Source of the DNA: Acholeplasmataceae bacterium
Lineage (GTDB): Bacteria; Bacillota_I; Bacilli_A; Acholeplasmatales; Acholeplasmataceae
Assembly (NCBI GenBank): GCA_028690555.1
Contig: JAQVBA010000002.1
Span: 1-46,861, forward strand
DNA length: 46,861 nt
Direction: 5' to 3'
Part shown: piece by piece, positions 20,708 to 30,549 of the stretch
Layout: the number at the start of each line of letters is the position of its first letter
How positions within the stretch are numbered: the stretch's first letter is position 1
Position numbers and translations under genes: made by a program
Notes under the pieces: generated by a model
Seen by the model: the letters and a program-made list of their open reading frames with translations, nothing else
Database searches by the model: none
What the model was told of the DNA's origin: nothing

Positions 20708-21985
20708 ATGTTAGATTTAAAATGGTTAACTGAGAATATGGATGAAGCAATCCAAAGATTAGAAACACGTCAAGGTGATTTTTCATTTGTTCGGGAGCTT
20801 TCCACGCTTCAAAATGCTCGGAAAGATAAAATTGCTGAAGTTGAGAGGTTAAAAGCTTTTCGCAATGAGCAATCAAAAAAAATTGGTGAATTAAAAAGAC
20901 AAAAATTAGATGCATCAGAAGTTTTAAATGATGTTGCTCATATTGGTGATGAAATTAAAACGCTTGATGATGAACTTCAAGGAATTGAGACGAAAATTTT
21001 TGAAATTTTATCAATTATTCCTAATCTTCCACATCAAAGTGTGCCTATTGGCAAGGATGAAAATGATAATCAAGTCATCCGTGTCGTTGGCAAGCCAAAA
21101 GAATTTAATTTTAAAGTAAAAGATCATGTTGAACTTGGTGAAAAATTAAATATTTTAGATTTTGAACGTGCAGCGAAAATTACGGGCGCTAGATTTGTTG
21201 TTGATAAAGGATTAGGCGCACGTTTGGAAAGATCTTTAATTCAATTTATGATGGATTTACATGCCCATGAACATGGATATACGGAAATTATCCCTCCTTA
21301 TATCGTCAATGAAAAAAGTATGTATTCCACCGGGCAATTTCCTAAGTTTAAAGATGATGCTTTCCGTGTAGGCACAGATGAAAACAATTGGTATTTAAAT
21401 CCTACAGCTGAAGTACCGACGATCAATCTTTATCGTGATGAAATTATTGATGGTGATGCATTACCATTCCATTATTGTTCATATACCACAGCATTTAGAG
21501 CTGAAGCGGGATCAGCAGGTAGAGACACAAGGGGAATTTTGAGACAACATCAATTCAATAAAGTAGAATTGATTAAATTTACCAAACCCGAAACGTCATA
21601 TGATGAACTTGAAGCGATGCTGATTAATTCTGAAGAAGTCTTAAAACGATTAGAATTACCATATCGTGTGGTTTGTTTATCCACTGGAGATATGGGTTTT
21701 GGAATGGCTAAAACCTATGATATTGAAGTATGGTTACCCGGACAAAACACATATCGTGAAATTGGATCAATTTCAAATGCTGAAGACTTTCAAGCAAGAC
21801 GGGCAAATATTCGTTTTAAACGCTCAAAGGATAGCAAAACAGAGTACGTCCATACATTAAATGGTTCTGGGCTAGCGGTTGGAAGAACGATGATTGCGAT
21901 TATCGAAAATTATCAAAATGAAGATGGTTCAATTACAGTGCCAAAAGCATTAATTCCATACATGAAAGTTGAATGTATTAAATAA
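20708..21985 (+). CDS. serS: Serine--tRNA ligase
   Basis: 425 aa with an N-terminal coiled-coil arm. Class II motifs are [21 protein letters not shown] and [16 protein letters not shown]. An AGGAGG RBS is present. Confidence 0.95.
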   Translation: MLDLKWLTENMDEAIQRLETRQGDFSFVRELSTLQNARKDKIAEVERLKAFRNEQSKKIGELKRQKLDASEVLNDVAHIGDEIKTLDDELQGIETKIFEILSIIPNLPHQSVPIGKDENDNQVIRVVGKPKEFNFKVKDHVELGEKLNILDFERAAKITGARFVVDKGLGARLERSLIQFMMDLHAHEHGYTEIIPPYIVNEKSMYSTGQFPKFKDDAFRVGTDENNWYLNPTAEVPTINLYRDEIIDGDALPFHYCSYTTAFRAEAGSAGRDTRGILRQHQFNKVELIKFTKPETSYDELEAMLINSEEVLKRLELPYRVVCLSTGDMGFGMAKTYDIEVWLPGQNTYREIGSISNAEDFQARRANIRFKRSKDSKTEYVHTLNGSGLAVGRTMIAIIENYQNEDGSITVPKALIPYMKVECIK

Positions 21986-22081
21986 CACAATTTCACATGA
22001 AAAATACATTGACATCCCATACTCTTTTGCTAGAATAAGGGTACTTCAATTTTTCTCCCTTATTTCTCAATATGGTATAAT

Positions 22082-22110
22082 AAGTGTGCTCAGGCACGCT
22101 TATTTTCTTT
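22082..22110 (+). terminator. Hairpin plus U-run between serS and the two-component operon
   Basis: AAGTGTGC (22082-22089) pairs with GCACGCTT (22094-22101), giving 8 bp with one G-U. ATTTTCTTT follows. An extended -10 (TGgTATAAT, 22073-22081) directly abuts it. Confidence 0.5.
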
Positions 22111-22127
22111 AAAAAGGTGGTTTGTAT

Positions 22128-22781
22128 ATGCGTATATATTATGTAGAAGACGAAAAAGATCTCGCTGAGATCATTCGCAAGTATTTAAATCGTGAAGGTT
22201 ATGAAACTACAGTTTTTCACGATGGTGAATCAGCGATGGAACACATCAAGGATTCTGTGGATTTATGGATTTTAGATATTATGCTTACAGGTGAAGTTAG
22301 TGGGTATGATCTGATTAAAGCTTTAAAAGAAAACCACTCATCAGCAGCGGTTATTTTTACATCAGCACGTGATCAAGATTTAGATAAAATTATGGGCTTG
22401 GAATTAGGTAGTGATGATTACTTAGCGAAACCTTATTCACCAAGAGAACTAATTTTAAGAGTAAAAGCCGTGCTTCGTAGAGCATCAACGAATGAAAAAG
22501 ATTTAATGACCTACGGTCCTTATGAAATCAATCTTACCAAACGTGAAATCCGTGTGGGACAAGAGATGATTGATTTAACGAATAAGGAGTTTGAACTCTT
22601 GTTATTTTTTGTTAAAAATATGAATACAGCATTTCAAAGAGAAGACATCTTAGAACATGTTTGGGGAAAGACATATTATGGCAGTGATCGCGTGGTTGAT
22701 GATTTATTACGTCGACTACGTCATAAAATGCCTGAATTAAAAATTGAAACTATTTATGGATATGGTTATCGCTTATTATGA
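22128..22781 (+). CDS. OmpR-family response regulator
   Basis: The receiver domain shows YYVEDEKD and a phospho-acceptor context LWILDIML. The winged-helix output shows LTNKEFELLLFF and YGYGYRL. I place the start at the ATG at 22128, with an AAGGTGG RBS 7 nt upstream. The track start at 22122 is a TTG. Confidence 0.9.
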   Translation: MRIYYVEDEKDLAEIIRKYLNREGYETTVFHDGESAMEHIKDSVDLWILDIMLTGEVSGYDLIKALKENHSSAAVIFTSARDQDLDKIMGLELGSDDYLAKPYSPRELILRVKAVLRRASTNEKDLMTYGPYEINLTKREIRVGQEMIDLTNKEFELLLFFVKNMNTAFQREDILEHVWGKTYYGSDRVVDDLLRRLRHKMPELKIETIYGYGYRLL

Positions 22782-24040
22782 AAGAAATGAAGCTCACGAC
22801 CCAATTAAATATTATATTTACGGTAGTGACGCTATTAACAAGCTTCATATTTTTAGTGCTTTTAAATCGCGTATTTGATGCGTTTAGAGTTGAACAAAAT
22901 GAACAACAATTTGAATTTTACTATGAAAACTTATTTAGAAACTATGAAACACCACCAGATAGTCCGTATAACGGATTTGTGATTGCCTATGATGGTGTGG
23001 TGGTTAATTCGGATAATTTAGAGATTTTAGAGAATAAATATTCTGCAAATGAACTTGTCGATATGTTTTCTCACACAACATTAGTTTATACAAGAAGAGA
23101 AGTCATAGAACATGAAACATTTTATTTTAGAGTCAATCGACAAGATGATGGTACGATGATTGTTGCTTTTACCGGAGAAGACTATTTATCCATTGTTGGG
23201 AAATCATTTAATATGATTGTTCGAATTAGTTTTATTGCGCTTGTACTTTTAGGGAACTTAATCATTTTGATTTGGTCAAGAATCACAGTTGAACGCGTCA
23301 AGAGGCTAAAAGGTGAAATTGAACGCATGACTTTAAATAGTTACAAAGTACCCATTGAAATTGATGGAAACGATGAAATTACGGATTTATCATTAACTAT
23401 TGAGAAAATGCGACGAGAAATTCAATCCAGTGAAAAAACAAAACAAGAAATGCTTCAAAATATTTCACATGATTTTAAAACACCGATTGCAGTGATTCAG
23501 TCTTATGCAGAAGCGATTTATGATGGCGTTTCTGATATAGAAGAGGCATCAGTCATTGTAAAACAAGCTGAGCTATTAAATGTTAAAGTGAAACAATTAT
23601 TAGAATTGAATAAGCTTGAATATTTAAAAGATCAAAATGAATTTGAGGAAGTTTCAATTAAAGAAATTGTTCAAAACATTGTTGATAATCATAAGTATCG
23701 TACAGAATTGATTTGGGATGTTTCTTTAGATGATTCGATTTATTATGGGGTTAAAGAAAATTTCTATACAGCATTTAATAATATCGTTGATAATGCCATA
23801 AGGTATGCAAAAACAAGAATTGAAATTAAATTAAAAAATAAAAAACTCACCTTCTATAATGATGGTGAGCCAATTAATCAAAAATTCATTGATGAGTTAT
23901 TCAAACCTTATGAAAAAGGTAAAAAAGGCGAATTTGGATTGGGTATGAGTATTGCCCAAAAGACATGTTCACATTTTAACTTAATTTTAAAAGTTGAAAA
24001 TATAAACGATGGAGTAATGTTTACTATAGAGCCGATGTAA
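22778..24040 (+). CDS. Sensor histidine kinase (HisKA + HATPase_c), two TM helices flanking a ~125-aa extracytoplasmic region
   Basis: H-box ISHDFKTPIAVIQSY, N-box VDNAIRYA, G-box GEFGLGMSIA. There is an ATGA start/stop overlap with the regulator. Confidence 0.88.
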   Translation: MKEMKLTTQLNIIFTVVTLLTSFIFLVLLNRVFDAFRVEQNEQQFEFYYENLFRNYETPPDSPYNGFVIAYDGVVVNSDNLEILENKYSANELVDMFSHTTLVYTRREVIEHETFYFRVNRQDDGTMIVAFTGEDYLSIVGKSFNMIVRISFIALVLLGNLIILIWSRITVERVKRLKGEIERMTLNSYKVPIEIDGNDEITDLSLTIEKMRREIQSSEKTKQEMLQNISHDFKTPIAVIQSYAEAIYDGVSDIEEASVIVKQAELLNVKVKQLLELNKLEYLKDQNEFEEVSIKEIVQNIVDNHKYRTELIWDVSLDDSIYYGVKENFYTAFNNIVDNAIRYAKTRIEIKLKNKKLTFYNDGEPINQKFIDELFKPYEKGKKGEFGLGMSIAQKTCSHFNLILKVENINDGVMFTIEPM

Positions 24041-24437
24041 TTTCTTTGGCTCTATTTTTATAATCTTCTGGATTTAAATCATTCATGTGATTTGAAAAAC
24101 GCATTGACACACCATCGTTTTCATATCTTGGGATTAAATGCATATGAAAGTGGAAAACGCTTTGTCCTGCGATTTCACCGTTATTATTTAGTAAATTTAA
24201 CCCAGCGGGTTTAAATGCTTTTTGAATTGCTTTTGCAAGTTTAATTGATATTTTCATTACATGAGAAGCAAGTTCATCAGGCATCTCATATAGATTTTCA
24301 TATACTTTTTTCGGAACAACTAATGTATGTCCTTTTGTGGCTTGTGATATATCTAAAAAAGCAATCACTAGGTCATCTTCATATACAATGTAAGCGGGTA
24401 TTTCTCGTTCGATAATACGTGTAAATATACTCTTCAT
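24024..24437 (-). CDS. HIT-family (histidine triad) nucleotide hydrolase
   Basis: 137 aa. The motifs are IFTRIIEREIPAYIVYEDD and the histidine triad HFHMHLIPR. The 3' end overlaps the convergent kinase gene by 17 nt. Confidence 0.9.
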   Translation of the reverse strand: MKSIFTRIIEREIPAYIVYEDDLVIAFLDISQATKGHTLVVPKKVYENLYEMPDELASHVMKISIKLAKAIQKAFKPAGLNLLNNNGEIAGQSVFHFHMHLIPRYENDGVSMRFSNHMNDLNPEDYKNRAKEITSAL

Positions 24438-24535
24438 CTTAACACCTCTCTTTTCAATTTTATTCTAACATAGTAACATTGAAATGAAGGTGTTTAAATG
24501 ATATAATCATTTCGTATGTAGGAGGAGTAAACCAT

Positions 24536-25126
24536 ATGAAAAAAATACCAGTCGGCATTTCTGGCCGTCATTTGCATTTAACGAAAGAACATTTAGAAAC
24601 GCTTTTTGGTGAAGGTTATGCGTTAACCGTTCTAAAAGACTTAAGTCAACCTGGGCAATATGCAGCCAACGAAAAAGTTGATGTGATGAGTCCACAAGGT
24701 AAGCTTTTAGAAAGCGTTCGCATTTTAGGACCTGTTCGTCCTGAATCACAAGTTGAAATTTCAAAAAGTGATGCCATTCGTTTTAAATTTATTGCCCCAT
24801 ATAGATCATCTGGGGATGTTAAAGGATCTGGTCCATGTACTTTAATCGGTCCAAAAGGTCAAGTTGAGTTAAACGAAGGCGTCATTATTGCTGATCGACA
24901 CATCCATTTTTCCGATGTTGAAGCTAAAGAGTTTGGCGTAAATGATCGTCAGATGGTTAGCATTAAAATCAATGGTGAAAAACCTGGGATATTAGACAAT
25001 GTTTTATGTCGTGTAAGCCCTAAATTTAAGTTAGATTGTCACTTAGATACAGACGACGGAAGTGCCTTTATGTTAAATACAGGCGATTTTGTTGAACTTA
25101 TTAAATCATATACCATTAACGAATAG
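24536..25126 (+). CDS. pduL: PduL-type phosphate acyltransferase (phosphotransacetylase/propanoyltransferase)
   Basis: 196 aa with duplicated PduL repeats: IPVGISGRHLHLTKEHLETLFG and VIIADRHIHFSDVEAKEFG. An AGGAGG RBS is present. Confidence 0.85.
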   Translation: MKKIPVGISGRHLHLTKEHLETLFGEGYALTVLKDLSQPGQYAANEKVDVMSPQGKLLESVRILGPVRPESQVEISKSDAIRFKFIAPYRSSGDVKGSGPCTLIGPKGQVELNEGVIIADRHIHFSDVEAKEFGVNDRQMVSIKINGEKPGILDNVLCRVSPKFKLDCHLDTDDGSAFMLNTGDFVELIKSYTINE

Positions 25127-25146
25127 TGCCTTTTTGGCACTTTTTT
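25125..25146 (+). terminator. Intrinsic terminator after pduL
   Basis: AGTGCC (25125-25130), loop TTTTT, GGCACT (25136-25141), then a T-run. It overlaps the pduL stop codon. Confidence 0.75.
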
Positions 25147-25162
25147 GACCGAGGAGGTCAGT

Positions 25163-26368
25163 ATGTTTAAAAAACTTGAAAGAACACAAGTATTTAAAGA
25201 CCCATTATATGGGTATATTCAAGTCGAGAGCGAACTTATTTTAGATCTCATTAACACAAGCATATTTCAACGCCTAAGAAGAATTCGACAATTATCTGGT
25301 GTTCACATGGTTTTCCATGGTGCAGAGCATTCCAGATTTAGTCATAGTTTGGGTGTTTATAATGTTGCTTATCGCTTTTTAAGTGTTCCTGATATAGAAC
25401 AAGCCCTTGATGAACGCAAAAAAATGCTGTTTTTATGCGCTGCATTATTACATGATATCGGACATGGTGCATATTCACACGCTTTTGAAGATGTTTTTGG
25501 TGTCAATCATGAACACATTGGAGCAAGTCTAATTTTAAACCATCAAGAATTAGTGACAATTTTTGATGCAATCGATCCGGATTTTAAATCTGATCTATCA
25601 TCTATTTTATTAAAATCAAAGAAATTTCCAATCATTGAGCAGCTCATTTCAAGTCAACTTGATGTGGATCGTCTGGACTACTTAGAACGCGATGCATATT
25701 TTACAGGTGCTGCGTATGGGCATATCGATTTAGATCGTTTAATTCGTGTTTTGTACATCAGAAACGGTCAAGTTGTTTTTAAAATTTCTGGAATTCATGC
25801 CATCGAAAATTATTTAATTAGTCGTTATCATATGTATTGGCAAGTTTATTATCATCCGGTTGCTCGTGCTTATGAAGTTATACTTGAAAAAATATATCGT
25901 CGTGTGAAAGATTTACTTCAAATGAATTATCATTTTGAATCAAATGTTTTACCGCTTCAAAAGGTCATAGAAAATCCAAATAATCTTGAACATTTTCTTG
26001 AAATCGATGACTATTATATTAATGGCTTGATTCAAAGTTTTAAAAAGTCTAAAGATCATATTTTAAGCGAATTATCCACGGATTTTTTAAATCGTCACAT
26101 TTGGGGTTACATGAATCAGTCTTTAGAAAATAAAACCAAAATTGATGAAATATTATCAGCATATAAGACTGAAGAGAAACCTTATTATCATGCGTTTAGA
26201 AGCGTAGAAAATAGTACGTATAAAGATGATGACGTGAGTTTTGGTGAAGAAATATTTATTTTATTAGAAAATGGTGAAATATCAACACTAAAGAAGCAAT
26301 CAGCAATCATTGAAAGTCTAATGAAGAGTGGCACCAAATCTGATGATAAATTCTTTTATAAGAAATAA
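25163..26368 (+). CDS. HD-domain metal-dependent phosphohydrolase (dNTP triphosphohydrolase-like, YwfO/EF1143-type)
   Basis: VFKDPLYGYIQV ... FQRLRRIRQL ... HSRFSHSLGVY ... LLHDIGHGAYSH ... DVDRLDYLERD. I place the start at the ATG at 25163, with a GAGGAGG RBS at 25151-25157. Confidence 0.8.
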   Translation: MFKKLERTQVFKDPLYGYIQVESELILDLINTSIFQRLRRIRQLSGVHMVFHGAEHSRFSHSLGVYNVAYRFLSVPDIEQALDERKKMLFLCAALLHDIGHGAYSHAFEDVFGVNHEHIGASLILNHQELVTIFDAIDPDFKSDLSSILLKSKKFPIIEQLISSQLDVDRLDYLERDAYFTGAAYGHIDLDRLIRVLYIRNGQVVFKISGIHAIENYLISRYHMYWQVYYHPVARAYEVILEKIYRRVKDLLQMNYHFESNVLPLQKVIENPNNLEHFLEIDDYYINGLIQSFKKSKDHILSELSTDFLNRHIWGYMNQSLENKTKIDEILSAYKTEEKPYYHAFRSVENSTYKDDDVSFGEEIFILLENGEISTLKKQSAIIESLMKSGTKSDDKFFYKK

Positions 26369-26901
26369 TGAAACCAATCGCAATTGTTGTTGAAGGAATT
26401 CATGATTTAAACAGAATTAGAAGTATCTATCAAGATGTTTTAGTTATTACAACTAATGGCAGCGCGGTAGAAGTTGAAATTCTTGAACAATTAAAACAAT
26501 TATCATTAACGCACGATATCATTTTATTTCTTGATCCTGATCATGCGGGTGAACGTATACGTAGAATTATTTCAAAATACGTCGGATCAGTCAAACATGC
26601 ATTTCTTTCTAAGGAAGAATCAATAAGCAAGAATTTGAAAAAAGTTGGAATTGAACATGCGTCAAAAGATGCCATTATTAAGGCATTAAGTGAACTTAGT
26701 GTTGAATATGATTACAAAAAAAGTGATGTAGATTTTGCCTTTTTATATGAAATGGGATTAGTTGGACAAAATCAAAGCCAACAAAAACGCAATCTTTTAG
26801 CAAAAAGTTTAAACTTAGGGCACGTGAACGGTAAAACGCTCCTTTATCGAATCCAAAGATTTCAAATAACGCGAGATCAAATTATTGAGGTACTCAAGTG
26901 A
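26368..26901 (+). CDS. rnmV: Ribonuclease M5 (Toprim)
   Basis: 177 aa with IVVEGIHDLNRI and FLDPDHAGERIRR. The synteny immediately upstream of rsmA fits. There is a TAATG overlap with the HD gene. Confidence 0.85.
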   Translation: MKPIAIVVEGIHDLNRIRSIYQDVLVITTNGSAVEVEILEQLKQLSLTHDIILFLDPDHAGERIRRIISKYVGSVKHAFLSKEESISKNLKKVGIEHASKDAIIKALSELSVEYDYKKSDVDFAFLYEMGLVGQNQSQQKRNLLAKSLNLGHVNGKTLLYRIQRFQITRDQIIEVLK

Positions 26902-27683
26902 ACCATCAACCCAAGAAAAAATTCGGACAAAATTTTTTAAGAGACAAAAATCTTTTACAAAAAATTGTGAAAGAATCTTATATTGATCATAAACATGTGA
27001 TTGAAATTGGTCCAGGGCAAGGAGCTCTTACCACTTTTCTTGCTGAAAAAGCTTTAACGGTTACGGCTTATGAAATTGATGAGTCATTAAAACCCATCTT
27101 AAGTGAGTTGCAAGATAAATATTCTAATTTGACGATTATTTATGGAGATTTCCTAGAGACTGAGATCAATAAAGACACGGAATACCATGTGGTAGCAAAT
27201 ATTCCTTATAATATAACATCACCGATTTTGTTCAAAATTCTTGAATCGCCCCAAATTAAAACAGCCTCAATTATGATTCAAAAAGAAGTTGCTGATCGAC
27301 TCCTTGCAAAACCTGGAACAAAAGACTATAATGCATTGTCGATATTATTACAAATAGAAGCGAAAGCATTTAAGCTTGTTGACGTAAAACGGCAAATGTT
27401 TTATCCGATTCCAAATGTTGATAGCATCGTCATACGTATCGAAAAGTTTTCTAAGCCCATCATTTCGAGTGAACTTATGCCTTTTTTAAGAAAAATGGTA
27501 AAAGAAGCATTTCGACAAAAACGTAAAACACTTGTCAATAATTGGCATGAAGCATATCATATAGAAAAGAAGTCTCTCATCGATTTTCTAATCGAACAAG
27601 GTGTAGATCCATACGCGAGAGCTGAAAGTTTATCCATTGATACATTCTTAAAATTAAGGGAGGCATGGCCTTATGCTTGTTGA
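26898..27683 (+). CDS. rsmA: 16S rRNA (adenine1518/1519-N6)-dimethyltransferase
   Basis: PKKKFGQNFL, EIGPGQGALT, ANIPYNITSPI. The GTG start overlaps the rnmV stop. Confidence 0.92.
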   Translation: MNHQPKKKFGQNFLRDKNLLQKIVKESYIDHKHVIEIGPGQGALTTFLAEKALTVTAYEIDESLKPILSELQDKYSNLTIIYGDFLETEINKDTEYHVVANIPYNITSPILFKILESPQIKTASIMIQKEVADRLLAKPGTKDYNALSILLQIEAKAFKLVDVKRQMFYPIPNVDSIVIRIEKFSKPIISSELMPFLRKMVKEAFRQKRKTLVNNWHEAYHIEKKSLIDFLIEQGVDPYARAESLSIDTFLKLREAWPYAC

Positions 27684-28494
27684 AAAAGCTTATGCAAAAT
27701 TAAATCTTGCACTGGATGTTACAGGTAAAAGAAATGATGGTTATCATGATCTTGAAATGATTATGGTTTCATTAGAACTACACGATGTGTTAACTTTTGA
27801 GCCATATGAGCGTATTGTTTTAAATTGCAATGTGGATATTCACGACAATACGGTACTTAAAGCAGCTAAAGTCATTCAAGAAAAATACAAAGTGACTGAA
27901 GGTGTAAAAATCACTTTGGAAAAAAATATTCCTATTGGTGCTGGCTTAGGTGGAGGTTCATCAGATGTTGCAGCAACCATTAGAGGGCTTGATGAGTTTT
28001 GGAATTTAAATTTGTCAAAACAAGATAAAGAAGAACTGGCTTTATCACTTGGTTCAGACACGTTGTTTTCATTATATGGTGATCCAGCTTATGTGACAGG
28101 ACGTGGTGAACATATGGAGTTTTTAAAACCAATTCACATCCCATTTGTCTATTTGTATCCATCTTTAATCGAAGTATCGACAAAGACGATATTTGAGAAT
28201 CATGAAATTAAAAAACCTGAAATACCCTTTGAATCTTTAGTGTATGATTATCAAAATCAAATTTTCGATCGATTCAATGAAAAATCATATAATGCCTTAA
28301 CGCCAACCACATTAAAAGTTTATCCAGCACTTAAATCACATGTCAAAATGTTAAAAAAAATTGATCCAAACGTGAAAATGACAGGTAGTGGATCAACGTT
28401 TTACTCGATTTTATTCAACCCCGATGATGAAGCATTATTAAAAAAACTACTCAAAAACTCAGTAAACTTTATTAAAACACAAACAAAAGCCTAA
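27673..28494 (+). CDS. ispE: 4-diphosphocytidyl-2-C-methyl-D-erythritol kinase (MEP pathway)
   Basis: AYAKLNLALDVTGKRNDGYHDLEMIM and the GHMP ATP-binding motif PIGAGLGGGSSDVAA. Confidence 0.9.
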   Translation: MLVEKAYAKLNLALDVTGKRNDGYHDLEMIMVSLELHDVLTFEPYERIVLNCNVDIHDNTVLKAAKVIQEKYKVTEGVKITLEKNIPIGAGLGGGSSDVAATIRGLDEFWNLNLSKQDKEELALSLGSDTLFSLYGDPAYVTGRGEHMEFLKPIHIPFVYLYPSLIEVSTKTIFENHEIKKPEIPFESLVYDYQNQIFDRFNEKSYNALTPTTLKVYPALKSHVKMLKKIDPNVKMTGSGSTFYSILFNPDDEALLKKLLKNSVNFIKTQTKA

Positions 28495-28500
28495 AAAAAT

Positions 28501-28529
28501 TTAACATTTTTATATCTATATGTTATAAT
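28501..28529 (+). promoter_or_regulatory. Promoter for spoVG (TTAACA-17-TGtTATAAT)
   Basis: The -35-like TTAACA is at 28501-28506. A 17-nt spacer ends in TG (28521-28522). TATAAT is at 28524-28529. Confidence 0.55.
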
Positions 28530-28560
28530 TTAGCCAAAGAAGGTCGTCACGGAGGGCAAA

Positions 28561-28842
28561 ATGAAAATTACCGATGTAAGAGTGAAATTGGTTAGTAGTG
28601 AAAGTCGATTAAGAGGTGTAGCAACCATAACCTTTGATGAAAGTTTCGTTGTACACGACATTCGTATTATTGAAGGGGAAAATGGAATTTTTGTAGCAAT
28701 GCCAAGCAAAAAAACACCAAATGGAACCTTTAGAGACATCGCCCATCCAATTCACGGAGAAATGCGTAAGGCGATTGAAGATGCAATCGTAGTTGCCTAT
28801 CAAGAAGCATTGGCTAATCCAGTAGAAGATACTGAAGAATAA
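28561..28842 (+). CDS. spoVG: SpoVG family nucleic-acid-binding regulator
   Basis: MKITDVRVKLV...RGVATITFDESFVVHDIRIIEGENGIFVAMPSKKTPNGTFRDIAHPI is near-canonical SpoVG. Confidence 0.95.
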   Translation: MKITDVRVKLVSSESRLRGVATITFDESFVVHDIRIIEGENGIFVAMPSKKTPNGTFRDIAHPIHGEMRKAIEDAIVVAYQEALANPVEDTEE

Positions 28843-28867
28843 TTAATGATTAGACGTTGCAAACATT

Positions 28868-28904
28868 AAAATCTTTTTTGCGCCAGCAAAAAGATTTTTT
28901 TTTG
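28868..28904 (+). terminator. Intrinsic terminator after spoVG
   Basis: AAATCTTTTTTGC, loop GCCA, GCAAAAAGATTT, followed by a run of 9 T. Confidence 0.8.
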
Positions 28905-28969
28905 ATGATTGACAAGCATTTAAACCCTATTTTGGGTATAATGAATATAGAGATTAAAGGAGTGAGAAA

Positions 28970-29953
28970 ATGGCTATAATTGATGGAAAAAAGATTAAAC
29001 TATTTTCATTAAGTTCAAATCGTGCACTTGCTGAAGAAATATCAAAAGCATCGGGAATAGAACTTAGTAATGCAGATGTTGTGAGATTTGCAGATGGCGA
29101 AATCTCAGTAAACATTGAAGAAAGTGTTCGTGGACATGATGTGTTTGTTGTGCAATCAACATCGAGACCTGCAAATGAACATTTAATGGAATTACTTATT
29201 TTAGCAGACGCTGTAAAGCGAGCTTCCGCAAAAACATTGACAGTTATTATGCCTTATTTTGGGTATTCTAGACAAGATAGAAAATCGAAATCGCGTCAAC
29301 CAATTACTGCAAAACTCGTGGCTGACCTATTACAAGTCGCAGGGATTGATCGTGTAATTTCTATTGATTTACATGCTGCACAAATTCAAGGTTTTTTCAA
29401 TATTCCAATCGATAATTTCCCAGCTGCTCCACTTCTCGCAGATTATTTTTGTTATTCAAAAAAATTAGAAAATGTTGTGGTTGTATCCCCAGATCACGGC
29501 GGTGTGACAAGAGCACGTATTTTCGCTAGATTTTTTGATGCACCATTAGCAATTATTGATAAAAGACGTCCTGAACCGAATAAAGCTGTTGTTCAAAATA
29601 TTGTCGGTGAAGTTAAAGGCAAAATTGCAATTATGGTCGATGATATCATCGATACTGGTGGAACATTAATTGCAGGAGCTGAAGCATTACTCGAAGCAGG
29701 TGCTACAAAGGTATATGCAGCAGCAACTCATGCAGTATTTTCTAACGATGCTTTAGATCGACTCCAAGAGTCTGTTTTTGAAGAAGTCGTTGTTTCCAAT
29801 ACAATTAAAATCGATCATCAACCCTATCATACAAAAATTAAGCAACTCTCGATTGGACCACTTCTAGGACAATCTATTTTACACATTGTTAAAGATGAAC
29901 CAATCAGTCAAATTTTCGATCAAATATCTCACGGCGAACCGAGCAATCAATGA
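28970..29953 (+). CDS. prs: Ribose-phosphate pyrophosphokinase
   Basis: YFGYSRQDRK, DLHAAQIQGFF, and the PRPP-binding loop VDDIIDTGGT. Confidence 0.95.
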   Translation: MAIIDGKKIKLFSLSSNRALAEEISKASGIELSNADVVRFADGEISVNIEESVRGHDVFVVQSTSRPANEHLMELLILADAVKRASAKTLTVIMPYFGYSRQDRKSKSRQPITAKLVADLLQVAGIDRVISIDLHAAQIQGFFNIPIDNFPAAPLLADYFCYSKKLENVVVVSPDHGGVTRARIFARFFDAPLAIIDKRRPEPNKAVVQNIVGEVKGKIAIMVDDIIDTGGTLIAGAEALLEAGATKVYAAATHAVFSNDALDRLQESVFEEVVVSNTIKIDHQPYHTKIKQLSIGPLLGQSILHIVKDEPISQIFDQISHGEPSNQ

Positions 29954-30519
29954 AACTCATTATTGGGTTAGGAAACCCAGGAAGCAAGTATCAAAAAACC
30001 AGACATAATATTGGGTTTATGGTGATTGATGATTTTATAAAAAAACACCAAATTTCTTTAAAATTTGATGCGAAATTTAATGCTGAAACAGCACAATTTT
30101 CAATAAATGGCGAAAAAGTGTACGTGATGAAACCTTCAACATACATGAATTTATCTGGGGAAGCCGTCTTAAAATTTGTAAATTATTATCAAATAGATTT
30201 AGAGAATATGCTCGTTTTTGTTGATGATATTAATCTTCCTACAGGGAAACTAAGACTTAGAGAAACTGGTGGTCATGGTGGTCATAATGGGCTTAGAAAT
30301 ATCATAGGATTACTAAAAACGGAAGATTTTAAACGTGTAAGAATCGGAATCGATAATAATCCAATGATGGCACTTGATAGTTACGTGCTTGGTCAATTTA
30401 ATGAAACTGAATTGGCATCATTAGGAAAAACGATCGAAATATCAACAAAAATTATTGAAGACTTTGTTAATTGTATGCCATATAAAGATATTATGACAAA
30501 ATATAACACCCAAACTTGA
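29950..30519 (+). CDS. pth: Peptidyl-tRNA hydrolase
   Basis: MKLIIGLGNPGSKYQKTRHNIGF ... GGHGGHNGLRNI. There is an ATGA overlap with prs. Confidence 0.95.
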   Translation: MKLIIGLGNPGSKYQKTRHNIGFMVIDDFIKKHQISLKFDAKFNAETAQFSINGEKVYVMKPSTYMNLSGEAVLKFVNYYQIDLENMLVFVDDINLPTGKLRLRETGGHGGHNGLRNIIGLLKTEDFKRVRIGIDNNPMMALDSYVLGQFNETELASLGKTIEISTKIIEDFVNCMPYKDIMTKYNTQT

Positions 30520-30549
30520 GTTTGGGTTTTACTTATCTAGAGGTAGTTC

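Noticed and set aside
28909-28942. TTGACA ... TATAAT as a canonical prs promoter
   Set aside because: The spacer is 22 nt, too long for a sigma-70-type -35/-10 pair. The TATAAT may still act with a different upstream contact, so I did not list a promoter feature.
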